Shown piece by piece: positions 7,296-17,113 of a stretch of 64,000 nt of DNA. Source of the DNA: a virus. A model generated the notes under the pieces. That model was not told the DNA's origin. It saw only the letters and a program-made list of their open reading frames with translations, and searched no databases. The stretch lies in the IMG/VR virus record IMGVR_UViG_3300010368_000009, positions 37,447-101,446 of that record, one strand, 5' to 3'. Every line of letters starts with the position of its first letter. Positions within the stretch are counted from its first letter, which is position 1. A program made the translations under genes and the position numbers.

Positions 7296-8759
7296 ATGAC
7301 CATCATTGTAAACGTAAATGAAATCGAACGCATTCTTTCCAATCCGATTCTTATGTCAGATTCGTATAAGTTTTCACATTGGAAGCAATACCCACAAAAA
7401 TCTTTGTATGTGAATAGCTACATTGAATCTCGCGGCATGTGTACCGAATTGGTCAACAGTGGCCTCGACAACGAGTTGGTATTCTTTGGTATCCAAGGAT
7501 TTATCAAGCGTTACCTGTCTCGCCAAATCACACCCCAACATATTGATGAAGCTGAAAAATTCTGCAAGAATCATGGTGAACCATTCAATCGTCGTGGCTT
7601 TGAAATAATCGTGAATGATTACAACGGCTATTACCCTGTCAGTATTCAGGCTATTCCAGAAGGAACAGTCATCAGTGCACACAATGTTATGGTTCAAGTA
7701 ATCAATACTGACTCTCGGTTGTACTGGTTGACCTCGTTTCTGGAAACTGCATTGCTTCGCGCCGTGTGGTATCCAGTTTCCGTGGCTACCAAGAGCCGGG
7801 AAATCAAAAAGGTTATTGCCAAATATATGGATGATACGGTTGGCAATCGTGATGGTTTGGAATTCAAACTTCATGATTTCGGTGCCCGTGGTGTTTCTTC
7901 TCAAGAATCGGCCATGATTGGTGGCGCTGCCCATCTGGTGAACTTCATGGGAACTGATACCGTTGAAGCCGCTGTATGGCTCTCTGCACTGTATAGTGAG
8001 CCTATGGCCGGGTTCTCGGTGCCAGCCGCTGAGCATAGCACCACGACGACTTGGGGTGGACCGGAAGGCGAAGAAGCTAGTTTCTTGAATATGCTGGAAC
8101 AATTCCAAGGCAACTACCCGATTATCTCGGTGGTATCTGATAGCTATGACATTTACAATGCGATCACCAATCTTTGGGGTGGCACATTGAAGGAAGCTGT
8201 TATCGCTGCTTCAAAAATGGGTAGCAAGTTGGTCGTTCGTCCAGACAGTGGTGATCCAACAACGGTTCCTATCGATTGTGTTAAACTACTGATGGAAGTC
8301 TTTGGATACACGACTAATGATCTTGGGTATAAGGTATTGCCACCATATATCGGTGTGCTTCAGGGTGATGGTATCAACATCAATTCCATTCGTGCCATTC
8401 TTGAAAACATGAAGCGTGCTGGACTGTCGGTGGAAAACATTGTGTTCGGTATGGGCGGTGAGTTGCTTCAGGGTCATATGCGTGATGATCACAAATTCGC
8501 CATGAAGGCTTCTGAGATTCGGGTTGGTGATGAAGTTCGGGATGTGTTCAAGCAGCCGGTTACGGATGCTATGAAAATTTCAAAGAAGGGTCGATTGGCA
8601 CTTATTGAAACCAGCGGCGTTGGTTCTCGTGGCTACAACACATTGCGTGAATGTAATTTGGGCTACTTGGATAAAAACCTACTGCGGGAAATTTACCGTA
8701 ATGGTGAAATTTTAATCGATGACACCTTTACAACCATTCGGAAGCGTGCCAGTATCTGA
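7296..8759 (+). CDS. nadV: nicotinamide phosphoribosyltransferase (NAMPT/NadV)
   Basis: DSYKFSHWKQYP, LHDFGARG, AAEHS, SVVSDSYD, VRPDSGDP, QGDGI, FGMGG. Confidence 0.95.
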   Translation: MTIIVNVNEIERILSNPILMSDSYKFSHWKQYPQKSLYVNSYIESRGMCTELVNSGLDNELVFFGIQGFIKRYLSRQITPQHIDEAEKFCKNHGEPFNRRGFEIIVNDYNGYYPVSIQAIPEGTVISAHNVMVQVINTDSRLYWLTSFLETALLRAVWYPVSVATKSREIKKVIAKYMDDTVGNRDGLEFKLHDFGARGVSSQESAMIGGAAHLVNFMGTDTVEAAVWLSALYSEPMAGFSVPAAEHSTTTTWGGPEGEEASFLNMLEQFQGNYPIISVVSDSYDIYNAITNLWGGTLKEAVIAASKMGSKLVVRPDSGDPTTVPIDCVKLLMEVFGYTTNDLGYKVLPPYIGVLQGDGININSIRAILENMKRAGLSVENIVFGMGGELLQGHMRDDHKFAMKASEIRVGDEVRDVFKQPVTDAMKISKKGRLALIETSGVGSRGYNTLRECNLGYLDKNLLREIYRNGEILIDDTFTTIRKRASI

Positions 8760-8822
8760 TTGTCATACTGGCGTGGTTAGCTGTATGACGGTACTTCATG
8801 TTCTGATTATCCTTTGCGTAGA

Positions 8823-8861
8823 AGGGTCAGCGAAAGAATTTAAACACCTTTCGCTGACCCT
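8823..8861. terminator. 14-bp hairpin between convergent genes
   Basis: AGGGTCAGCGAAAG-N11-CTTTCGCTGACCCT. Confidence 0.5.
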
Positions 8862-9316
8862 GATATGTCTACACCATTAGATAATATTTGTTTGCATAAA
8901 CGCTGTTGGGTTTCAGTTTTAAAACGATCCCAACCACTGTCCGATCCGGTATAAAACGCAAAATCCAAACCTTCGAATCGGTATCTACCTTGTAAGTTGG
9001 TGGATGAATACTTCCATTCGCTCGGGGTTGGTTCTTGGTTTTGCGGTGTTACGAAACCCATCGCATATGGGATACCCATATTAAAACTGTACCCTTCTTG
9101 TTTCTCAAGTACGTTTAATATGGTTAGATGAGTACCAAGACCAGCCGCAAACAGAAACATGGTATTATCATAAACTAGAAACCGGCCTTCGTTTAATCGG
9201 AAGCTAGGTAAAACGCTTTTGACCTTAAACCAAGACGGGTCAATATAAATTGTGATATCAACCTGACCGTCCTTGGTTTTAATAAAACTGCGTTCTAAAA
9301 GTTTATTGAGCTTCAT
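8840..9316 (-). CDS. hypothetical, possible internal virion protein
   Basis: N-terminus MKLNKLLE; part of a three-gene unit with a late-type box. Confidence 0.6.
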   Translation of the reverse strand: MKLNKLLERSFIKTKDGQVDITIYIDPSWFKVKSVLPSFRLNEGRFLVYDNTMFLFAAGLGTHLTILNVLEKQEGYSFNMGIPYAMGFVTPQNQEPTPSEWKYSSTNLQGRYRFEGLDFAFYTGSDSGWDRFKTETQQRLCKQILSNGVDISGSAKGV

Positions 9317-10076
9317 TACTCATATTGCTTTCTGGGCCGGGTTTGAGTTTTTTATATTTTATTTTACTGATGAACATATCAACGGTTAGTTGTTGTTTTT
9401 GCTTCTCGTTACCATTGCCTTTCACTATAAGTGATGGTTCCATTTTAAATTTATTAATATATTGTTTGAACAGTTCGGAGATAGCTTTTCTTGCGAGCGT
9501 CATTATTTTGTCTTTTTCTATAACGGTTGGTTCAGAATAAGCTTGAACGATGATCATGCAATCGTTGTTTAACATAGTTGCGGCTAGGGCAGCAATCTCT
9601 GACGCAGCGGCATTCTTGTTGAGTGCTTTAGCAACACTCTGCATATTCCGCTGATTCATTTTTTCTATTTCGGCATCGGTCCATTTTATTAAGGCTTGAA
9701 CTCCCCTCTCTTTCGCGGCAGCTTCTCTTTCGTCATTCTTGGCAGAACGCTCTTTTTGTTCTAGATCGGCCACGTTCATATTATTACCATGGGCTAGTTT
9801 TTTCTTTTTCAAACTTTTAATGGCGGCTGAATTACCGGGGTATAGGTTTTCGGTTTTCTCGATAACTTCGCCGGTCGCATCAATTGTAAGAACGCGTTTT
9901 TCTTTAGTGATGCCCTTAATTACCCATCCGGCATCGGATGTCTGTACTTCGTAGATCGCAATGATGTTGTAACCAACGTCTAATAGGCGGGTGAATAGTG
10001 GAGTGTCATACATCATTGTTATGTTATCAATGCCGAAGAATTCTAACATTTCTCTTTGAGTGCTAAAGGTTTTCAT
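9303..10076 (-). CDS. hypothetical protein
   Basis: 257-aa ORF coupled to both neighbours. Confidence 0.7.
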   Translation of the reverse strand: MKTFSTQREMLEFFGIDNITMMYDTPLFTRLLDVGYNIIAIYEVQTSDAGWVIKGITKEKRVLTIDATGEVIEKTENLYPGNSAAIKSLKKKKLAHGNNMNVADLEQKERSAKNDEREAAAKERGVQALIKWTDAEIEKMNQRNMQSVAKALNKNAAASEIAALAATMLNNDCMIIVQAYSEPTVIEKDKIMTLARKAISELFKQYINKFKMEPSLIVKGNGNEKQKQQLTVDMFISKIKYKKLKPGPESNMSNEAQ

Positions 10077-10444
10077 TATCTTCCACCTGCTTTGACTACA
10101 ACGGAGCGTTTCTTATTGAAGTTCTTATCAATATTATAAACATTACGACTGACCGCAAAATAGCACCCAAGGTAAACACCTTTAGGATCACTATCTATAA
10201 AGATTTGATCTGGAAAGGTTTCACCTTCCCCCCATATTTCTTTATATTTTTCACTTAATGGGATTGCCATCACGTTTTTAGCACCGAATGCTGCAACGAG
10301 TGATGCTTCGTCGGCAAATGGCTTTAGTTCCGCCCGTGATAAGAATTTTTTAATTTTACGACCAGCGGTCTTTACCATTTCTGGCATCTCATCAAGTTGT
10401 TCAGACTCGATGATCAATTTGATTTTTTGTTTTATTTCATCCAT
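10076..10444 (-). CDS. hypothetical, possible internal virion protein
   Basis: MDEIKQKIKLIIESEQLDE; preceded by a hairpin with TAAATA in the loop. Confidence 0.65.
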   Translation of the reverse strand: MDEIKQKIKLIIESEQLDEMPEMVKTAGRKIKKFLSRAELKPFADEASLVAAFGAKNVMAIPLSEKYKEIWGEGETFPDQIFIDSDPKGVYLGCYFAVSRNVYNIDKNFNKKRSVVVKAGGR

Positions 10445-10449
10445 AAGAA

Positions 10450-10491
10450 AAACACCCGTTGCTTTTACTATTTAGTAAGCAACGGGTGTTT
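10450..10491 (-). terminator. terminator hairpin containing a late-promoter-like TAAATA in its loop
   Basis: 15-bp AAACACCCGTTGCTT inverted repeat followed by a T-tract on the minus strand. Confidence 0.6.
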
Positions 10492-10498
10492 CGTGGTT

Positions 10499-11206
10499 CT
10501 AATATCCGAGTGCTTCTACACCAACTGGTTCACACTCTGGACCGGATATTTGAAATGTCGATCCATTACTATTACGAATGAACAATGGACCTTCCCAATT
10601 TAGATATTCTTCCCATCCAGATTTCTCAGGAATGATAAGCTTTCTCTTCTTCATCTTGTTTGCAAGATCGAAGTAATCGGGCTTGTATGGCTTATGAATC
10701 GGACCCTTCTTCCCAGATGGACCAACCCATGTTTCGCTGTTGCCTTTTTTGCGATTACAAACATCACAAGCCGACACAATGTTATACCAATCGGTTCCAC
10801 CGCCCTTTGAGCGAGGGATAACGTGGTCAAACGTCAATTCGGAACCAGAGAAATGCTTACTGCAATACTGGCAGGTATAATTGTCTCGCAGGAAGATATT
10901 CTTCTTGCTAAACGGAAGTGTTTGTTCCGGCTTCTGATATTTCTTGACGGCCACGATGGATGGCAGCGGAACAGAAATTGATGGTGACCTGATAGCCACG
11001 TTCTGATATTCCGCAACTACATCATACTTTTCCGTGATGACGCCAACCACAGCTTCGCGCCAACCGATAGCAGATATCGGAATTACGCTAAATGGGTTGT
11101 AATCGGCATTCAGAACAAGAATTCTGAAATGGTCAAGGTGACCAAGTTGTCCAGCAGTAGCAGCAAGGACTTCTTGATACGTCATCTTGTCAAACGGCAA
11201 GCTCAT
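10499..11206 (-). CDS. HNH endonuclease (McrA/COG1403-like)
   Basis: LVLNADY...RDNYTCQYC...TFDHVIPRSKGG...NIVSACDVCNRKKG. Confidence 0.92.
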   Translation of the reverse strand: MSLPFDKMTYQEVLAATAGQLGHLDHFRILVLNADYNPFSVIPISAIGWREAVVGVITEKYDVVAEYQNVAIRSPSISVPLPSIVAVKKYQKPEQTLPFSKKNIFLRDNYTCQYCSKHFSGSELTFDHVIPRSKGGGTDWYNIVSACDVCNRKKGNSETWVGPSGKKGPIHKPYKPDYFDLANKMKKRKLIIPEKSGWEEYLNWEGPLFIRNSNGSTFQISGPECEPVGVEALGY

Positions 11207-11303
11207 GATAATCTCCTATGCTTAAATTATATTTACACGGTGAAACTCTTCTTGTCAACCCGGTTGGTTATATGTATGATAAATCTAAGATGAGGATAAT
11301 ATT

Positions 11304-11663
11304 ATGAAAATGTATGCCATCGTTCTTAACGAAGCACTTGCTGTCATGGGTGATAATCGTGGAAAGATTGCCGCCCAATGCGGACACGCGTTTGTTACGG
11401 TTGCCATGAAATGCAAATCCAGTGATCCGAAACGCTGGAAAGAATATGATGAATCAAGCTATCATGGCAAAGTTGTATTGAAGGCTGATATGGAAGAAGT
11501 TCAATCTTTGATGGATGAACTTAAAGGCAAAGTACCGATGCAACTTATTCGTGATGCTGGTCTAACTGTGTTTGATGGTCCTACAAATACTGTATTAGGC
11601 ATCGGTCCTATTCGAGATAGTGAACAGCCTAAGAGCTTGAAAGAATTGAAGTTACTCAGATAA
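11304..11663 (+). CDS. pth2: peptidyl-tRNA hydrolase, Pth2 family
   Basis: GKIAAQCGHA, KVVLK, IRDAGLT, TVLGIGP. Confidence 0.9.
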   Translation: MKMYAIVLNEALAVMGDNRGKIAAQCGHAFVTVAMKCKSSDPKRWKEYDESSYHGKVVLKADMEEVQSLMDELKGKVPMQLIRDAGLTVFDGPTNTVLGIGPIRDSEQPKSLKELKLLR

Positions 11664-11665
11664 CA

Positions 11666-14122
11666 TTAATCCCAGACGGAACTCATTTCATCGTGGAGTC
11701 TATTTTCGAAACTTTCTTTAGCAGCGTCTTCATCATGACCTGACCAACCGTGATATGGTTCATCAATATTAATAACTTTTTCATCGCTTCCATTGAATTC
11801 TGACAAATCTTCAAATCCGTGTTCAATCCAATGATCAGAAAAATATGCATCATTGAATACTTTTAATATATCTTTCTTCGGGAAGATAACCCATACTGTT
11901 GAATCAATGGAGTATTCCTTGGATAATGTTTTCATTGATATATCTTTCTTTTTACCGGCATCTTTGTCTTGATACGGTTGTTCGTGGAACATAACGGTAG
12001 CCGACAACCCGCCCGATACAGGATGTTCAACACCGCCATTTAGTGCTGATCGAAGTGTTTCATAAACTTCATTCTCGGCACCGACGCTAGCATCATCCAT
12101 CGCCGCCATATGTGCTGCTGCCTTAAACTCTTCAATGAATTCCAATGCAAAATCAATAACTAATCGCTTGTTATCCAGATCAACGCCTTCTTCTTCAACT
12201 TCATCTTCCATATTGGTTTTAATGTAGTCTAGTAGCTTCGCGTAATCTGCGTCAGTTATCCAATTTTCCACTTCCCATGAATCTGGTTCTTCCGCATAGT
12301 CACCACTATTGTGGAAGTCTTCGTCGCCGGTCACGACATCAATACAAAAGTTAGCAGTTCGGTTGCCATATTTTCCAACATAATCTTTAACCGTGTCACC
12401 AGATTCATATTTAAGATAGTAATAATCTGCATCAAAGCTTTCGAGATTTTCCCAACCGATACCTGTTTCGTCGGCCACTTTTTCAAAACGGGCCATTGCA
12501 ACCTTTGAATCGGTTCCAAGCATGTCCACATATGTTTCAACTCTTATAGCTTCGGGTTTACGTTTCAATATAAGTGCCTTGGCTTCATCCGGTAATGCGT
12601 TTGCTTTGGAAATAGAAATTCGGCTTTCTTCTTCTTCCCATTCTTCCAGTGCGTCCAGTGATTTCTGAAAACCCTCAGACATTGGACCAAACAATCTAGC
12701 ACTATCAGAAATATCGAGCAAATCTGGTCGCATCGTTTTGATGTAATCAATGTCATTCTCGGTGTATATACGTGATGGTTTCTCGAAACCGCCCTTGCGT
12801 TGAAGGAACTGGATGAATCTTAGAAATTCGTCTTGTCTATTAAGACCAAGAACCCATTTCTTCATTTCTTCGGATTTCAATCCAAAGACTCGCTCGATGG
12901 TATACATGTCCAAGAATTCAGGCTTTAGTGCGTAAGCCTTCTTCACCGTATCTGGTTCAAGTTTGGGTACTAGTTTAAGGAATGATCCCTTATCGGTTAG
13001 CTTCTTGATATATTCCCAGAAGTCTTCCGTTCCTTCTTTGAAATAATCTAATACACGATCTGGTTCAATTAGATTAGGTTTCATCTTGGCTAAGGTTCGT
13101 GCCTGTGCTTCTGGTAGATCACTAAGGGTGAAGTTTGTCGCAGCACTATAACCACCGCCTACGATGCCCTCGACATAATCAGATTCCAGAAGCTTTGCAA
13201 TATATTTGTGATATTTGGAATCTGGTTTTGCGTTTCCGAAACCCTTCATTTCGTAGAGAACTTTATCTTTGGTCATGAAGGTGGCAACTGGTTTCAACCA
13301 TTCTTTGCCTTTACGTTTGACCATTTCCCGCAATGAGTAAACAGTTCCGCCCGTTCCAGATGTTCTTGGATCAGTGCAACAATGTCGCATTGTTCGACCT
13401 TCATCACGACTGCTGCCAGTTTGAAGATCATACCAAGCAAAACCATCATTGAAATCAATGAGTACTTTAATGTTGTCGGTCATTTGACTGATCAGGATGT
13501 ACCGGTCATCGGCACCCATTTCCTGTGTCCACTTGGTTTCCAATGAGCGTAAATCAATCAATGCGGTTTCCCATGATCGACCTGTGACGTTGTACTGGTC
13601 GATTGGTGGATATTCTAAACTAGCATAATGAATAAGCTGATCACGCAACGAGGTCCAATTTCCAATTCGATCACCCGGTGACCAATCGAAGTTACCAGAT
13701 TTACCGCGTTTCAAACCAAGTACTCTTTGTATTTGTGCTTCGGTGTTCCCCAATGCCATTACTTTAGCAACATACGTGTTGATAATTTTGAACACCGCTG
13801 AACCATGTGGCCATTCAATATGAAGATTGCTGATTATAGATTGAAATACTTCAGCCGCGATGAGTGGTCTATATATCAGTAACAACCATGATGCCCGATC
13901 ACTGCGGTTGATACCTTGAATTATGGTGGTGATGCTTATTCGAACTAACTTTCCTACTTTTTTCTTTGTGGTCGCCCGGTCTTCTATTCTGAATACTTCA
14001 TCCGGGTAACTGTCAAGTTCAGCATTGAACGTTTCAATGAATGCAGAGAACATGTTGACGTAGTTCTGCCTATTCTTTTCGAGAAGCAGTTCGTCTTCAA
14101 ATAATTTCATCAATATGGACAT
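11666..14122 (-). CDS. large acidic protein with PcfJ-like segment, possible virion internal protein
   Basis: EGRTMRHC..VYSLRE..EMKGFGNAKP resembles a PcfJ-type motif; N-terminus MSILMKLFEDELLLE; TAAATA boxes upstream. Confidence 0.6.
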   Translation of the reverse strand: MSILMKLFEDELLLEKNRQNYVNMFSAFIETFNAELDSYPDEVFRIEDRATTKKKVGKLVRISITTIIQGINRSDRASWLLLIYRPLIAAEVFQSIISNLHIEWPHGSAVFKIINTYVAKVMALGNTEAQIQRVLGLKRGKSGNFDWSPGDRIGNWTSLRDQLIHYASLEYPPIDQYNVTGRSWETALIDLRSLETKWTQEMGADDRYILISQMTDNIKVLIDFNDGFAWYDLQTGSSRDEGRTMRHCCTDPRTSGTGGTVYSLREMVKRKGKEWLKPVATFMTKDKVLYEMKGFGNAKPDSKYHKYIAKLLESDYVEGIVGGGYSAATNFTLSDLPEAQARTLAKMKPNLIEPDRVLDYFKEGTEDFWEYIKKLTDKGSFLKLVPKLEPDTVKKAYALKPEFLDMYTIERVFGLKSEEMKKWVLGLNRQDEFLRFIQFLQRKGGFEKPSRIYTENDIDYIKTMRPDLLDISDSARLFGPMSEGFQKSLDALEEWEEEESRISISKANALPDEAKALILKRKPEAIRVETYVDMLGTDSKVAMARFEKVADETGIGWENLESFDADYYYLKYESGDTVKDYVGKYGNRTANFCIDVVTGDEDFHNSGDYAEEPDSWEVENWITDADYAKLLDYIKTNMEDEVEEEGVDLDNKRLVIDFALEFIEEFKAAAHMAAMDDASVGAENEVYETLRSALNGGVEHPVSGGLSATVMFHEQPYQDKDAGKKKDISMKTLSKEYSIDSTVWVIFPKKDILKVFNDAYFSDHWIEHGFEDLSEFNGSDEKVINIDEPYHGWSGHDEDAAKESFENRLHDEMSSVWD

Positions 14123-14245
14123 GTTTCTATTTACCGGTATTTATTATTATATTGCTTTCTTGAAAGCTTCATGTGTTCAAACACGTTTTTGTTGAAATAT
14201 TCTCTGGCGGCGTCCTCATCAAATCCATTTTTATCTAACGACATA

Positions 14246-14581
14246 TTATGCTGCCCAAGTCACCACTGAATCATTTGATGAACCAGCCGTTCGTTGAATT
14301 ACCCAAATTGGAATCGGTGAAACTTCAACAATTGCGGTTGCAGTATAAGATGCCATTTCAATCCATGCGTCAGCCGCAAGATATTTTCCGTATAGTTTTA
14401 ATGTGTCACCACTACCAACGACGACCTGAAGTCTAATCTTTGATCCACTGTCCCGGCCACGCCAAACCCGGTATCCGTCACCAAATCCATCTGCGTGAGT
14501 GTCATCGCCAGTAACAACGGAACCATATCCGCTGCCGTCTTCGGTTGCTGTAGTGTATACATCATAAGCGGTAATAGCCAT
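14246..14581 (-). CDS. hypothetical, beta-rich late protein
   Basis: GAGG RBS and ATAAATA upstream. Confidence 0.65.
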   Translation of the reverse strand: MAITAYDVYTTATEDGSGYGSVVTGDDTHADGFGDGYRVWRGRDSGSKIRLQVVVGSGDTLKLYGKYLAADAWIEMASYTATAIVEVSPIPIWVIQRTAGSSNDSVVTWAA

Positions 14582-14697
14582 TAATTTAATCCTCGGTAAT
14601 CTATAGTTATATTATTTATCCCCCTTCACCATAATGATTGACATAGGATGATGCGTGTGGTAGCTTAATGTTTGAATTTATCTTTTGGAGAATACCA

Positions 14698-14901
14698 ATG
14701 GCCAAACTTCCCTTCCGCACAAAGCGATATATTGTTCTAGCTCCTCATGGTGGTGGAATGATTAATGCTATCGGTGATACAATCTCTCGCGCACATGAAA
14801 ATGCTATTCATGAACTTGGTAATCAATTTACAGTTGACAAACTGAATTCTTACGGTTATCGTACAATTGAAGTTGAGCTAGTCGAAGTGACTCGCAAATA
14901 A
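14698..14901 (+). CDS. hypothetical protein
   Basis: GGAG RBS before MAKLPFRTK. Confidence 0.55.
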   Translation: MAKLPFRTKRYIVLAPHGGGMINAIGDTISRAHENAIHELGNQFTVDKLNSYGYRTIEVELVEVTRK

Positions 14902-14924
14902 CAATATAACCGGGGTGATATATT

Positions 14925-17093
14925 ATGAGAGTTTCACAGGTTGAACGCAAAGTTGAAATTACTGGTGCGGTTTCGCAAGAGCAATTCACTATTGCGATGA
15001 ATGCCAAGATGTTCGAAATGCTTTCTAAGAAAGTGTACGAGCGTCCAGCCGAAGCAGTTCTTCGCGAAATTTGTGCAAACGCATATGACTCCAATCGTGA
15101 AGCCGGTAATGGTGATGAGCCAATTACTGTTGTGATGCCAACCCTACTGGTTCCTGTTCTTCGGGTTCGTGATAATGGTCTTGGTATGTCGCATGATTTT
15201 GTTATGCGTAACTATACCAAGTATGGTGAATCCACTAAGGATGGTTCGGACGAATCAATTGGTGGCTTCGGTCTTGGTTGTAAATCCCCCTTTGCTGTCA
15301 CCGATACATTCACCGTAATCTCACGCCACGAAGGTGTTCAACGCACCTATACCGCAGTGATCGGCACCACTGGTTTCCCAACAATCAATTGTCTGGATGA
15401 ACATCCTACAGATGAACGCAATGGTGTTGAAGTCATCGTTCCTTGTTCGGATGATATGCTTCGTAAATTCACGGAAGCCGCCCCAAAGGTTTTCGAATAT
15501 TATGATGTGATGCCGACCTTCAAGAATTATGATGCTCGTCAAATTAATCAACTTCGTGAACAACTGCTTCTCGATACCGATACACTCACGATGTATAAGA
15601 ACAATAATTATTATCGCGAGAGTTCGCTTCGTATTCAGATGGGTATTGTGGGTTATCCGGTTGAACTGGGTGAAATGGATATTTCACGTGATGTTAGAGA
15701 CTTCATTTCGAACCTGCGTCTTACCCTGAAGCTGCCAATCGGTTCCGTTCCGTTGGCACCATCACGCGAACGTTTGAATTATGATAATGAAACTATCAAG
15801 TTGCTGGCCGACGCGCTTAACGATGCTCGCCAAGAAATTCTTGATTATTATTTGGAGCCGGTTCACTCGATCAGTGAATATTACGAAGCTTGTTGTGCAT
15901 TTATCAAGGTTCGCGAAAACCTTCCGTTTTTGCCTTCTGAGTATACTCATGGTGATCGCACTCTGAGAACAGCGACGACATTCACCTTTAATAAGAAACG
16001 TGGATTTTCGGTTATCAAAGCTGGCCGCAGTGAATTGTATAATGGTCGTATGCCTCGTGCTACCAATGATAATCGCGTGAATATCGCGTATGATCCTAAA
16101 ACCATTTTCGTTATCGATGATGTTTATCGGTGTCATGCTCGTGCAGAACGAATCGAGCGTGCCTGTCGTGATCATACGACTGTTGTTATTCTATCCAGTT
16201 CGCGTCTGAACCACGATAATCACGATACTGTTTCTCATGCATTGGATGTTGAACTTCAAGATATCTTCCGTCAAATCGGATATCCAAATGAAGATCAATT
16301 CTGTATTCTTTCAGAAACTGAAGAGGTTGAAAAACACCGAAACAATACTGGTGGATGGCGTACATCTGTTGGTGGCATTCGTCTCGCCACTGAACGGTTC
16401 CGTGCTAAACCAAGAGCTGTTAGTAATAATGATGGTGTATTGAGCGCCACGACTGAACCAAAGGAAGATGATGAAGGCAATCTTCTTCTTCCAGCGGATG
16501 CTCTGTACGTTAATATGTCACGTGGTAAGCCAACCATTCAAGAATCGGTTATCTACCAGTTCGTGATGAATGATCCGCGTCCACTTTATTTTATTCCGAA
16601 AACTCTGATTAAGAAGATTCCAGAATCTTGGAAGCCTTTGGAAAGCGTTGTTGATGGGATTGTGGACAAGGTTCGTGTTTCATCATATATTAAGTTGAAG
16701 AAGTTGTATGATAATCAGAAATTATCACATGGTGCACTTTACAAATTGATGAATAATAAAAACACACCAACGCGTAATCGAATTCTTGCGTTCGTTGAAA
16801 AATATCCAGAGAATCAACTTTCACAACTGATTAAAATGTATCAACGCGCTCATACTCATAAGGCCAACGCGCATATTGATGCCGTCATCACTTATAAGCA
16901 TGTGCCACTGGTTAACAGTATTGAATTTCGTACCACCAAAAAGGTTAACACCTTGTTCGCCGGGTTTGAGCATGCTCATTACCTGTTGTTCCGGGCGATC
17001 ACATCTTTGGGTGAAAACACTTATAGTTCGTCGCACAAGCAACAAGCATATAAAATGATTGACAACGTATTAGACACCGTATACGGTGTCTAA
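14925..17093 (+). CDS. rIIA: rIIA-like protein (GHKL ATPase N-terminus)
   Basis: LREICANAYDS, VRDNGLGM, GGFGLGCKSPF, PSRERL; immediately upstream of rIIB. Confidence 0.88.
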   Translation: MRVSQVERKVEITGAVSQEQFTIAMNAKMFEMLSKKVYERPAEAVLREICANAYDSNREAGNGDEPITVVMPTLLVPVLRVRDNGLGMSHDFVMRNYTKYGESTKDGSDESIGGFGLGCKSPFAVTDTFTVISRHEGVQRTYTAVIGTTGFPTINCLDEHPTDERNGVEVIVPCSDDMLRKFTEAAPKVFEYYDVMPTFKNYDARQINQLREQLLLDTDTLTMYKNNNYYRESSLRIQMGIVGYPVELGEMDISRDVRDFISNLRLTLKLPIGSVPLAPSRERLNYDNETIKLLADALNDARQEILDYYLEPVHSISEYYEACCAFIKVRENLPFLPSEYTHGDRTLRTATTFTFNKKRGFSVIKAGRSELYNGRMPRATNDNRVNIAYDPKTIFVIDDVYRCHARAERIERACRDHTTVVILSSSRLNHDNHDTVSHALDVELQDIFRQIGYPNEDQFCILSETEEVEKHRNNTGGWRTSVGGIRLATERFRAKPRAVSNNDGVLSATTEPKEDDEGNLLLPADALYVNMSRGKPTIQESVIYQFVMNDPRPLYFIPKTLIKKIPESWKPLESVVDGIVDKVRVSSYIKLKKLYDNQKLSHGALYKLMNNKNTPTRNRILAFVEKYPENQLSQLIKMYQRAHTHKANAHIDAVITYKHVPLVNSIEFRTTKKVNTLFAGFEHAHYLLFRAITSLGENTYSSSHKQQAYKMIDNVLDTVYGV

Positions 17094-17113
17094 TATACCT
17101 TGGGAGAATAAAA

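Noticed and set aside
6022-8108. Long antisense ORFs (373 and 244 aa) over nadM and nadV
   Set aside because: Shadow frames of well-conserved genes with biased codon usage; the same applies to 17090-17707 and 46871-47632
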